A stretch of 62,269 nucleotides of DNA, counting the filler, from Diploschistes diacapsis (taxonomy: Eukaryota): NCBI GenBank assembly GCA_023645945.1. It is 4 parts of 4 records of this genome, joined end to end, with 100 filler letters (N's around TTAATTAATTAA, not from the genome) between each part and the next. Parts side by side here need not be neighbours in the genome. Positions count along the whole stretch, not along the records: positions 15,639 to 31,166 come from JALAIB010000549.1; positions 31,267 to 46,748 come from JALAIB010000550.1; 2 more parts are not named here. One strand, 5' to 3'. The notes below the pieces were generated by a model that searched no databases, was not told the DNA's origin, and worked only from the letters and a program-made list of their open reading frames with translations. Made by a program: the position numbers and the translations under genes. Every line of letters starts with the position of its first letter. Within the stretch, counting starts at the first letter, position 1. Of this stretch, positions 24,110 through 35,470 are shown in pieces.

Positions 24110-26040
24110 TTGACATGGTCTAGACTAACATCTAAGTTATTGCCACCGTCTATCCTAACTCCTTCCCTCAGCAATTCCCAAGATAAGTAACCAGCCCAAC
24201 GGCAACTGATAAGATAAGATCCTGACCAAGCGTCCACAAAAGACACCAGTTCGAAGCCCCTGAAGGACACAGCTCAAACCGCCCCCAAAAACATCAAACC
24301 AAAGGCCAAAAAAAATCCTCAAGGCTACTTAGCCCGCGGGAGAGTTATTGCAAATTTCAGCTCTTTACTTAGAGCATTTTTGCCCGGCGAGTTCCTTATC
24401 GACTCTCGGTATGAGGTAGTACCGGAGAAAGGAATGGACGAGAAAGTTACCTCCCCACCGTGATGATCTTGTGCCAGCGCATGACCCCGGCTTAATCCCA
24501 CCAGGCTATTTTAGCTTGAAGGTAGGAGCATGTAATCAGGTTTATAATCCGTCAAAACAAAAAAGAAAACCCGCAGCCAGGGACGTCCACAACATCTGCT
24601 CCCCTGTTCTTTACTAAAAAGCTCAGGGCCGACCCAGCGCACTTACCCTGAATATAATGATATTCCTACACTCCCCTCGATCTAACGTTCATACGCCATG
24701 CATCGTATCCCTTCCCATCCCCAAGACAATCATTTTTAGGTACTTACCCCAGCCCTCCAATCATCGCGCAAAATGCACCTGCCCAGAGATCTTCCAGCCC
24801 GAGCTCACCCGCGCCCAGCACCCTCCCATTAGTTTTCCGGCCTCAAGGTCCAGCTCCAGCTTCATCCCTTTTGTCGACGCGTCTTGAACCTTCACAGCCC
24901 TACTCTCCCGTTGCCAAAAAAAATACTCAGAACACGCTACACACGTGGCATAGACCGCACCACAGCACCCCTACCGTCAAACCCAAGCCCTCTCTCCTCT
25001 CGCAGCCGTATGAAACCATCATGATTCCAGGTTCGTGGTGGACTCCGCCGGCAGGCCAGCCCTGAGAAAGAAAAGCCCCGTCGCTGTTGCGCACGCCTAC
25101 TGGCTGCGCGGATCCTATGGCCGCAATAAACAGCACACTGATGGGACCCTGCGGGCACTACGGCATACACTACTTGGTAAATGTCTAAGAGCAAAAAAAA
25201 CCGCCCTTTCTTATGCATACTGCACTTTACTTTACATACAAAAGGAACTTGGGAGCAAAAGGGGGAAATGTGATGCCCGAAGAGGGACCTCGGTATGTCC
25301 CGATGCGGTATCGAACTTACCAACCACTTGTTCCAGGGGCGTGGGCGGGAGATATTTTTCTCCGTCCTGCAATCTGCCCCCCTCCCCAACCCCTCCAACA
25401 CTTCCGTTGCATTCCCGAAAATCCACTCATCATCGACTATCTATACTAACCCCCCACCAAAAACAGTGTATAATCGGTCTCGCACAGTTTTGCGGTGATA
25501 AGTCGGCGCCGCTTCGTTTTACCACGGGCCGCAAGCTACCCGCCTCGTTACGTTACTCTGTTACTCTCCCCCAATATTCTAGCCCGGGGAGGCGCACCAA
25601 GAGGAGGGATATTGGGGGGAAAGGCCGATAATTATATATCGAAGGAAACAAGGAACCCTTCTCGTAGTACATTAAGTGAGAGGTGTGGTGGGGATGCCGG
25701 GACATGGAAAGCTTCAGGTCAAAGATTTCTCTCTCCCGCGCATCCTTTTTTATTCTACAGCCTTTGTACCTTCTGCCCCGACTTCTTTACCCGTACCATC
25801 TATTACTACCCATGCCCTGGGCAGGCCCGTTTATAACTCTTCAAGTGTTTCCCATCCCTCTATCCTGCCGTGTACAAAGATTTCGTCCCCATCGCATGGA
25901 GGGTGCCCGGATGCGAGGCAGCGGGGAGGTGCGGAAGAAAGCGGGCATGCCCTGCCCGCTGCTGGCAAACGAGGTTTGATGGGAATGAGCAGAATGAAGA
26001 AAATTAGCGACCACGACGGCGAGCAACTAGACACCTCCAA
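24110..26040 (-). ncRNA. Candidate telomerase RNA (Pezizomycotina type); ends approximate
   Basis: Manual pairing. Nested helices 26034-25973 with 24128-24300 and 25731-25740 with 24335-24344. Pseudoknot 25179-25202 with 24360-24381. P6.1-like hairpin 24232-24244. G-U pairs favour the minus strand. No canonical template found. Confidence 0.75.
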
Positions 26041-26420
26041 GAAGCGAATTATCCTTGCAGCTTTTTTTTTCTTTCATTTAAGATACTTGATTGTCAGTTG
26101 GCATTCATAAGGATAGGTGAAATGAACGAGGTATGTACAAAGTATAACCCCTTGAAAAAGGGACTTGGCTCCACGCCAGTGAGCGCCATGCAAATAAACC
26201 TTGTTTACGAGTTACTGTATGGCGTTGCCTTCAGCTTGGGTTGAGACCTCTTGGTGAGGGGACATTGTATGTTAGTATCGACAATGTCATCCGCCACGCT
26301 TGGTATGCAAAAGATCGCTGGACGACAACAACAACAACAGCCCACCGTGCCGCAACTAGGAAAGCGATCACGCCCATACCCGCGCCTATTGCGCCCACCT
26401 TATCTGTCAACGGGAACCAT

Positions 26421-27696
26421 CTAGGTTGGCTTGGCGGCAACCCCGAGCTTCGGGTAAGCAGTGTTGTCGAAGACGACGAACTGGCTCTTGAGGAAGACAT
26501 CGCCATAGATGGAGAATCCGATACCTGTATTGCTCTGGAGACCACCGTAGCAGGTAGAGCTACCGTCTTCAACGGGAGCGTAGTTGAGGTAGGAGCCGGG
26601 AACGACGGCGCGATAGGAGCCGACGCCTAGAGTCAGGCTAGGGAGGGCGGCGTAGCAGGGGAAGACGTAGCCACCGTAGGCTGCGCTATTGGAGGAGCCG
26701 GAAACCTTGGAGTAGTAAGCCCGGACGGCCGCAGCAGGAGCGTAAATGAGGGTGGTGCCGGTATCGGCGATGGCGTTGATGGAGGTCGAGACGAAAGACC
26801 CGGAGCCAACGGCGTAGCCGGAGCCGGTAAATTCCCAGAAGCCGTTGGCGGTGTTGACGGGGACGTAGGTAATGGAGCCGGTGTACTGGGTGGAGTCGAT
26901 GAAGCCGAAGCTGTAGGTACCTGGGGCGCCCTTCTTGAGGTTGGCGGTCAAGACGGGGGATGGGAGGGAAGCCTTGACGTTGTCGAAGAAGGTCTTTTGC
27001 GGCGTGGGCGAGACGGTATTGATGGAGCTGAAGGCAAGTCCGACCAGACCGTTGGCGGCATCCTGAACGAACTCGGAGCTGACGGAGGTGGCAGCCTCGA
27101 CGGCTTGGCCGGTGACGGTGGCGCCGCCAATCTGGGTTGGTCAGATGGAAATACGGAGCCCTGGAAAAAATGAAACTTACGTTCACGGTGTCGGTGTAGA
27201 CAATGCCAGCGGCTCCGCTGCCGTCGCCGTAGCTGATATCCCAGGTGTAGCCGCTTAGCTGCCTCGCGGTGGTGCCAGGGGTGTAGATTGTGTGGCCGGC
27301 CTGTTCCGAGGCGGGGAGCCTATTGGAAAAGACCCAACTGAATGGAATTAGCCCAATCAAAACCATGAGTATCCAAATTGCTTACAGGTCGGCAGAGCCG
27401 GTGTCGAAGTCCAGGACGATGGTCTCGCCCCCAATGGTGACGGGAGCGAGGTACTCGGAGTCATACTCCTGGGGACTCGCAGTCACACTCCCGGTCTGGG
27501 ACGCAGCGGCGCGCTCAACGGCGGCCGGGACCTCCTTGCCAAACTTCTTGTAGGTCTTGGCGGTAAGATGCGCACCGTGTGTGAGTTTGCCATGGTTCAC
27601 AGGAACCTGCGTGACTGAGAAGCCTTGCTTGGTGGGAGCAGCAGCGCTGACGGCCAATAGGGCCGCAGCCGCAATATAGGAAGTGAGAGAAGGCAT
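26421..27696 (-). CDS. Secreted aspartic protease, aspergillopepsin/penicillopepsin type (2 introns)
   Basis: Signal and propeptide, [34 protein letters not shown]. Confidence 0.96.
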
Positions 27697-30600
27697 GGCG
27701 AGTTATGGAGCTTGTCAAGGTTGCGAGAAGTTGGCTTTCTATGGTCTGGCGGTCTCAACGAAACTTGAGCGCTGCCTTGAGAAGAGAGAGGGATGGCCAA
27801 CATATATACAGCCTATGCCCGAACTTCCCCTCTATCAACCTAGCCGCGATAGTAGGCTGATATCTTACTCGGTAGGACATTGGTAGCTCGGTGATGATTA
27901 ACGAGATAACGCAACTTCCCTTAGTGCAGAAGATGCATGTTGCAAAGTCGTATAGTGCTTCGATTGATCGAAAAAGCAAGGATCGGCAATGGTGCATCTG
28001 CTGATGAGTTGTGCATGGTTGCCCCATATAGCAGGTCTTTGTCTTCGGCAGCCCAGCCAATCTAGCACAGCGGATGGCAACTCCACATCCCGTAATGGCT
28101 TGAAGGAGAAAGCTTGATTACCACTATGGCTTGCAAATGACGTGAGAAGGTAAGAGAGCGAAATGGCGAACTTTCACGAGTAAGCCATGTATGGAAGATT
28201 ACTATAACCGATTAGTGGGAGTGGGTGCTAAAGCATAAACATCATATAATCTATATCCGAATAATCTTTCTAAACATGGCGAGTACTAAGTGATGTGACG
28301 GATGCACAGGCTTTTGACTCACTCAGACGGCGCCTGATCCGGGTGGCCCCAGAACAGCGATCCTCTATCCAGCTTATCTTCACACCGTTCAATGAAGTTA
28401 AACCATTTCAAACGCTTATGATCTTAGCGCATCAGCAGCAGTCGCGAATCATATGTCTTTTTGCTGGGCAGCGCTGGACGATAACGAGATTGATGAAAAG
28501 CTGCTTTGCAGGATACTGGGTATGCAGCGGCCCAAGCTCGTTTTCGCTCCCCGAAGCTCCTGCCGATTAGGAGCGATATGCATTTGTTTGCTTGGCTATC
28601 TTCGTGCCTGGGGTGAAGGTCGGTCGGTTAGAGTTGGATTGCGCAAACGACTTGTGGGGGAATTCCAAGGTCGATTAGCCCTGCATTATGCCAAGCTTGG
28701 AGCAATCAGGACCCTTTCCTGCAAAGTGATAGTCATTCTCCTCATGATAATTGTAGATACCATACCCCAGTCATCCTCCCTCTGTCATACCAGTAAATCC
28801 TGAGTAACGATGTCCACCTCGAAGCGTAGCTATACACACGAAAAGCAGACTAAGTAATTGCTGCATGACAACGGTGTTTAATTTTAGTCTGTGAAATAAG
28901 AGGCTTAACATGGTCGCAGTGCAACAGCCGCTTTAGTGGAGGCAACAAACTTTGCTTGCCCCAGAAGCTGCCGAAACAGGCAATATCGACAGCCTTTGTC
29001 TCGGGGGGGAACGAGCATCAGTAACACATATAAGAATACTATACCAGCTTCTTCCACCCAAGGTTCGCAAGCCCTGGGGAGAATAAACGCATGTGTTTAG
29101 AAGGCTTCCTGAATCATTCAAGTTGTCCTAATCCGAGGCTGAAGCTTCTTAAGCGCTTTGTTCTCACTCTAAGGCGTTGGATTAGGCAACTTCCCTACCT
29201 CTGAAAGACGAAGCTTCCTGAAGCAACCACTGAAATATGAAGTCGTTATCATCTTGCTCTTACGAGTTGGAGGCGCACTCGGGAGGGCTGACGACTTAGC
29301 TCGCACCCACCTCCGAATGCACAGAGAATACTAGCCTTGCTAAGTGTGTAACTGTGGAGCAGGTACGGGCAAGGCGTCGTTGATGCATTGTGGCTGCAGA
29401 GGAGCTTGCCGGGGGGCGTTACCGACCATTGAAGCCTTAAACTACAGCGCAACGCTGAGCATGGCAGGAAGACGAGGTTTCGTTCTGAGAGCTCATATAA
29501 TGTGCCTGGGGGAAAATACAAAGTGCCAGAGTTATCGGCCATAGCGCTGACTGGGTATATCGAAGGTTTCTTGGCTATTGCGTGATTTCATATTCTAGCC
29601 ACTTGCCGGATGAGGTTATTCAGTGAAGATAAGATGAAAGGTCTATGGTCTAGGCCCTGACATAGCAGCTATCCAAGAATCCATTTTCTCCGCAGCAATC
29701 CTTGTGAAACAGCTTGTAGAGTTCAAAAGCGAACGATCATGCTGGAATACCTCAACCGTGTGTGCAGTATATTTCAGCAAAGGTGATATAGGACATGCCT
29801 TGCTAATGGTCTAGAGCTTCGCAGCCGAGCGCCCGGTTGTGAGCGAGGATCTTGTATTCCTAGTGGTGTTTAATTGCGACATAGGCGAGGCGTTCTTGTG
29901 CTTACAACGCAAGCTCAACGGAGACCTGACCGCTCCCAAGCGCTGCCAACTGTTATCGATAAGCAGTATAGGCTATCAAAGTCCGTGCTACGCAGCAGTC
30001 AGTTTCTGCCAAGCTAAGCATGCTTTGAGGAACTTGTCCGATGTCTTGGTCTGTGCCTGGAGTTAAAAAGAAGGCCGCATTCTAGAAAGAGGCTAAGGTA
30101 GAGTGGTCACGCATGCACGCCACAGAAGGAGGTTTCTCCTTGTGTGAACTTGATGGGACATTGATGGATGAAAAAAGTTTGCTAGTTGAGCGCCGGTTGG
30201 CGCCGGCCTGAGACTAAGCTTTTTCAGGTTAGCCTTCGACTCTAAGGCTCTTCAGGTTAGCGGCTGATAGCATGCTGTTCAGGCTCTGTAGCAGCTCAGC
30301 TGACGATTGAATCAGCAGCATCTGCTAACCTCGACGGGACTTAGTGAAAAGACTAATTCGAATTGGGCTTAGACTCTGGCACGTCAGCCATAGGGTCTGG
30401 GCCCTGAGGCAAAACTGGCTTAGTAAGAGCACGTGATGATTTGAATTCAATCACGTTTTCATACGAGGATGCTCCTGTGCAAGTCATACAGTAGTTGGAG
30501 ATGGCATACTAAAGCATGACTGAATCAGCGCATAACCCGCCTACCTCCCTCCTACTATACAACTGCCATGGACGTGGACGTGGTCGAGGACTTGGATTAT

Positions 30601-31166
30601 GTATGATAGCAGAAATGAAAAGCTGAAATAGTTGCCATCAGCTGATGCTGCTCTTTGTCTGCTGGAGTCTCTGGGTCTCAATTACACGGGGGGCGCCTCG
30701 AGCCTCGTTGCTGCGAAACAATGACCATGACGCAAAAAAAGTGAACACTCAAGAAACAGCAGCTTGTCCCTTGAATCATTTATTATCGAGTCGATAGCAT
30801 CGGCAAGACTTGAAGTTCATACTTTCAGCCTTGTAGCTAACTATCTCAAAAACTGATTTACTACCATTACCGAGAAGGATCGAGACCTTTGATCAATTGA
30901 CATATCTACCATATTCGATGCCGTAGAGATTCAACACTTCCAATACTCTTTCTCCCCTGGTATCACTGGCATTCGGTGCACTTGCTGCTCAGGATGAAAG
31001 CCGCAACGCTTTTCCTCCTCGTATTCACGAATCTTAGACCAGCAACCCCACTCCCATTGATAGCGGAAAACTACAAAGAGTCGGTGCCCCCCAACCAACC
31101 CCCAATACTACCATCTCCTCCATCCCGCAAAATCTAACAACCCCATAGCCCCCTCCACATCCCCTC

Positions 31167-31266
31167 NNNNNNNNNNNNNNNNNNNNNNNNNNNNNNNNNN
31201 NNNNNNNNNNTTAATTAATTAANNNNNNNNNNNNNNNNNNNNNNNNNNNNNNNNNNNNNNNNNNNN
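31167..31266. other. Assembly gap with TTAATTAATTAA linker
   Basis: 100-nt N run. Confidence 0.98.
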
Positions 31267-31709
31267 GTATTGGGAGGATGGGGGGTAAAGGGGGTACGGT
31301 TAGGAGATATGATATAGAGGGGGAAGGGGAGAGAGAGAAGCAAAAGGAGAGGAGGAATGGGCCAAGTAAGGTTAGGAGCCGAAAGAGGAGAAAAGCAGGG
31401 GGGCTGAGAGATTCCGTGGAGGGGATCCACCGGTTCTTGTTTTCAGTAATAGTGGTACGAGCATCATCACCTTATTAATATCAGCCCCTGAAGACACCAT
31501 GCATGTAAGACTCAGAAAGCTTGGGCGATTAATCTAATTTCATTCTCGTAAAGTGAACAAACACAATCAACAGCTACCAATCCTGCTTCGCCAAAGCCCT
31601 GAGACTGGGGACAAGGGGTGACCACTGGCTAGAGATGCTGGATCTGCCCCGTAGTTGCTTACCACAAAACTATCCGCTTACAAGCAATGCACGCGAGCGC
31701 CTCCGGCGC

Positions 31710-33424
31710 TTACTCCTCTTCAGCCGGGGCCTCCTCCTCGCTGGAAGATAATTAGCATCGTTGATCACCATGGAAGAAAGCGCGCCTACAATTCAGCCTC
31801 ATCTTCGGCGGTTGCCTCCTGGTACTGCTGGTACTCGGAGACCAAATCGTTCATGTTGCTCTCGGCCTCGGTGAACTCCATCTCGTCCATACCCTCGCCG
31901 GTGTACCAGTGCAAGAAAGCCTTGCGACGGAACATGGCAGAGAACTGGTCGCCAACACGCTTGAACAGCTCCTGGATAGAGGTGGAGTTTCCGACAAAGG
32001 TAGATGACATCTTGAGGCCGCGGGGAGGAATGGAGCAGAGAGCTGTCTGGACGTTGTTGGGGATCCATTCGACAAAGTAGGAAGAGTTCTTCCTCTGTAC
32101 GCCTTGCATCTGGTCTTCGACTTCCTTCATGGAAACCTTGCCGCGGCTGAGGCTGCCTTAGTTGTGTGATTCTTGGATTGGACGTTAGTACTTACAAGAT
32201 GGTGGAGCAAGTGAGGTATCGTCCGTTCCTGAAATCAGAGGCAGCCATCATGTTCTTGGGATCGAACATCTGTTGAGTCAATTCCGGGACGGTGACCGCA
32301 CGGAAGTGGTGTGCACCACGGCTTGTTAGTGGTGCGAAACCAACCATGAAGAAGTGTAAACGAGGGAAAGGGACCATGTTGACGGCGAGTTTTCGGAGAT
32401 CGGAGTTGAGCTGACCGGGGAAACGGAAGCAGGTGGTGACACCAGACATGACTGTTGAGACGAGATAGTTGAGGTCACCGTACGAGGGGTTATTGAGCTT
32501 TAGAGTGCGCATGCAGATGTCATAGAGGGCCTGATGAAACTTAGCAACTTCTTCGGGCCGCATCTGATGTGATTACGTACTTCATTGTCAATGCAGAAAG
32601 TCTCGTCAGAGTTCTCAACAAGCTGGTGGATGGACAGAGTGGCGTTGTAGGGCTCAACGACGGTATCGGAAACCTTGGGCGAGGGCATGACGGAGAAGGT
32701 AGCCATCATGCGGTCCGGGAACTCTTCTCGAATCTTAGAGATCAGAAGCGTGCCCATACCAGCACCAGTTCCACCTCCCAGCGAGTGGGTAATCTGGAAA
32801 CCCTGGAGGCAGTCGCATCCTTCAGCTTCGCGGCGTACGACGTCCAGAACCTGGTCAACCAGCTCAGCACCCTCGGTATAATGGCCCTTAGCCCAGTTGT
32901 TTCCAGCTCCTGATTGGCCGTGAACGAAGTTATCGGGCCTGAAAAGCTCGCCGAAGGGCCCAGCGCGGACGGCGTCCATAGTGCCTGGCTCGAGGTCGAC
33001 GAGTACTGACCGAGGTACCCATTTGTTGTTACCCGCCTAGGAGGATTAGTGGTGCAAGCAGATTCGCGAATCAGTACACACATCGTTGAAATAGACGTTC
33101 ATGCGCTCAAGCTGAAGGTCCGAGGTACCGTTGTAGCTGAACAGCGATCAGTCGACCTGTTAGAGACAAGATATCACAAAATACTAACACTCCCTTGCCG
33201 TCAAGGCCATGTTCACCAGCGATGGTCTGCCAAAAGGCAGCACCAATCTGATTACCACATTGTCCAGTCTGAAGGTGAACCTGCACGAGTACAGCTGTCA
33301 GTACAGGCAGACATCGTATCTTTTTTTGCTATGCAGCAACGGAGGGGCAGAAATATATAAACGACGCGTCAAGAGCATCTCGTCTCGTTCATGATAGATG
33401 TAATAAGCTTACAATTTCACGCAT
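31710..33424 (-). CDS. Beta-tubulin (6 introns)
   Basis: [44 protein letters not shown], acidic tail EEEAPAEEE*. Confidence 0.98.
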
Positions 33425-33913
33425 GTTGAGTTGGCTCTCGATAAGGAAGAGCTAAGAAGCAGACAATGCCTTTTTGCAGGATTGCTAGATAGTGGGTGAA
33501 GGAATGCGTGTTGAATGCAGAAGGGAGTTCTTGTTGTAGAATCAGTGGATTTTGAGGATAGTGGAAACCTAAAATCAACAACTGGGGAGCTAGACTGGGA
33601 TTGGTCGAGCATCATCCGACGCTAAGCTAAAGCTGCTAAGCACCCATTTCCGGCTTTTCTATTTTTCCGGGGCTTTCTGACTACTCTACTACCAGCCAGC
33701 TAAACTCTCATCTACCTATTACATGTACTATGTATTTGATAACGGTATTCATGGCTTAGAGACTTCACCGCATGAGCATGATTGCGAATGAAAGTCTAAA
33801 CTAGTTATAGCGCGTAAAACTACCGACAATTTATGTAGTAAACCTTGCATATATGAAGAAGGAATCTGGGCAATCCTAAAGCCCCTCGATCATCTTCGAG
33901 ACTCTCGCTGCTA

Positions 33914-35470
33914 TCATACCCGCTTCCGTACCAAAAGTCTATGGAGCAGGCTTGATCGCTTCGCCTTCAGCTCTTTTGTGGTAACCCTGTTGAGGGGAAC
34001 GGCTTGTACTGGTTCCCCCTCACCGATAGGAATGCCTTTTTCAGCTGCAAGCATTTCCATCTGGCCAATCTTCCAGGCCCTCAGAAGCCATCCGAAGACT
34101 CCTGCTATTATGTACATGAGACCCGTAAAAACGATAGCATACAGATATGTACCAGATCTAGCTTCGATCTCCAGTGCCAATGCTTCGGAAACTAGGTTTT
34201 CGTGAGCGTGATAAGGCGGGGCTTCGGGGTCTTTCAGTACTCACATAGCGAAGGAAGAACGAATACAATCCACGTCATGGAGAGGGCCGAGGGGAGCTCT
34301 TTCAATCCCACTACTTCCGTTGCTACGGGACCAATCGTTGTCCAAACCGTGCCAGCTATTGTGCCTCCAATCAGCGAAAAGAAAATCAGAACACCGAAGC
34401 TTTTGGCAAACATCCAGATTATGAGACAGAAGACCCCACACAGGGCTGTCAGCGATGCAGCTATATTGATGCGGCCCGCTTGATCGCTGAAAATGCCAAT
34501 AAGCGGGCGTCCCATAGCTTGCCCCAAGTTCAAAAGGGCACCGATGATAGATCCCTGGTAGTGGTTGAGTCCTACCGTGGTCGCATAATTGGGCAGACTG
34601 AAGAGAAGCACAATATATCCAAGAATCGAAAAGAAACCCCAGGCTTCCATGATACAGAACTCGTACTTTTTGAAAAGCCTGTAGTCAAAGGCCAGCTGAG
34701 AAGGTCCAATTGTCTTGTTCCGGTCTCTGATCAGGGTGGCGCAAATGAAATTAACGACGAAGGCAACGATGCCAAGCACTCTAAAGGTCCATGGTATCCC
34801 TATGCTTTCGATCATAGCACCAGTGGCCAGACTATATGTCAGCCCCCCTAGTCCGCTACCGGCCGTGCCTATACCGTTCGCAAGGGACCGCTTGGTCGTG
34901 AACCATTGGGGAATGATTCCAACGCTACCAACGAACAAGAAGCCCATGCCAAGCCCGAAGCAGAGTCCCTGACTCAGAAACAGCTGCCATATTTCCTGCG
35001 TGAAAGACGCAGTAATCAGCGATAGTGTCTCAAAGAAAACCCCAGTTAACAGGGTGAACCTGGTACCGAAGCGGCGTGTAGTCCAGGTTGCCAAAGGGCT
35101 GATCAGCATAGCGGCTGCAATCGAAAGGCCCCCGACGATGGCAAAGTCCAGGTACGTGGCCCCCACAAAGACGTCGTCTGACAGGTAGTACAATAGAAAA
35201 ACTCCATACGACTTGAGATCCCAGTCAGCAAGGAATGGGGAAAGTGGGAAGCCGCGCGAAGGAGCGGCACGAGCTTACTGAATTGATTCCCCACGTATGA
35301 GCGTTAATGGACGCCGAGCAGGCGACACAGACCCAACCATATCCTCCATTCGGTGGCGCTTTGTTGCCCTCGTTTGCTGGCGCTTGCGGAACTTCGTCCG
35401 ATGAAGCAAGTGTTTGTGAGGTGAAGCTTGGCGACCGACGCCCTGCGGTAGGTGACACTGGCCGTTGCAT
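33914..35470 (-). CDS. MFS monocarboxylate-porter family (MCH-like) transporter
   Basis: PPNGGYGW, QWFTTKRSLANGIGTAGSGLGG, GRPLIGIFSDQAGR. Two introns. Confidence 0.92.

Noticed and set aside
24316..24522. Local ~210-nt stem-loop followed by U8, first read as a Pol III RNA (SRP, RNase P/MRP, snRNA)
   Set aside because: No diagnostic motifs for those families, and the same bases form better long-range pairs in the TER model.
24660..25019. ATATTCCTA and AAACCAT, the m1/m2 motifs of snR30/U17
   Set aside because: They are 350 nt apart, there is no ACA box at the required distance, and they are on the strand opposite the supported fold.
25293..25466. Plus-strand intron-like signals GTATGT..TACTAAC..CAG, and CTAACCC as a possible template
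   Set aside because: The flanking ORF has no recognisable protein, CTAACCCCCC lacks the repeat needed for realignment, and G-U bias supports the minus strand. An antisense transcript is not excluded.
28590..30013. Four GCCAAG (PacC-type) sites upstream of the aspartic protease
   Set aside because: The count is not convincingly above chance for a 6-mer over 3.3 kb on both strands.
30918..31166. Signal-peptide-like frame before the gap
   Set aside because: Multiple stops, no family recognised, truncated by the gap.
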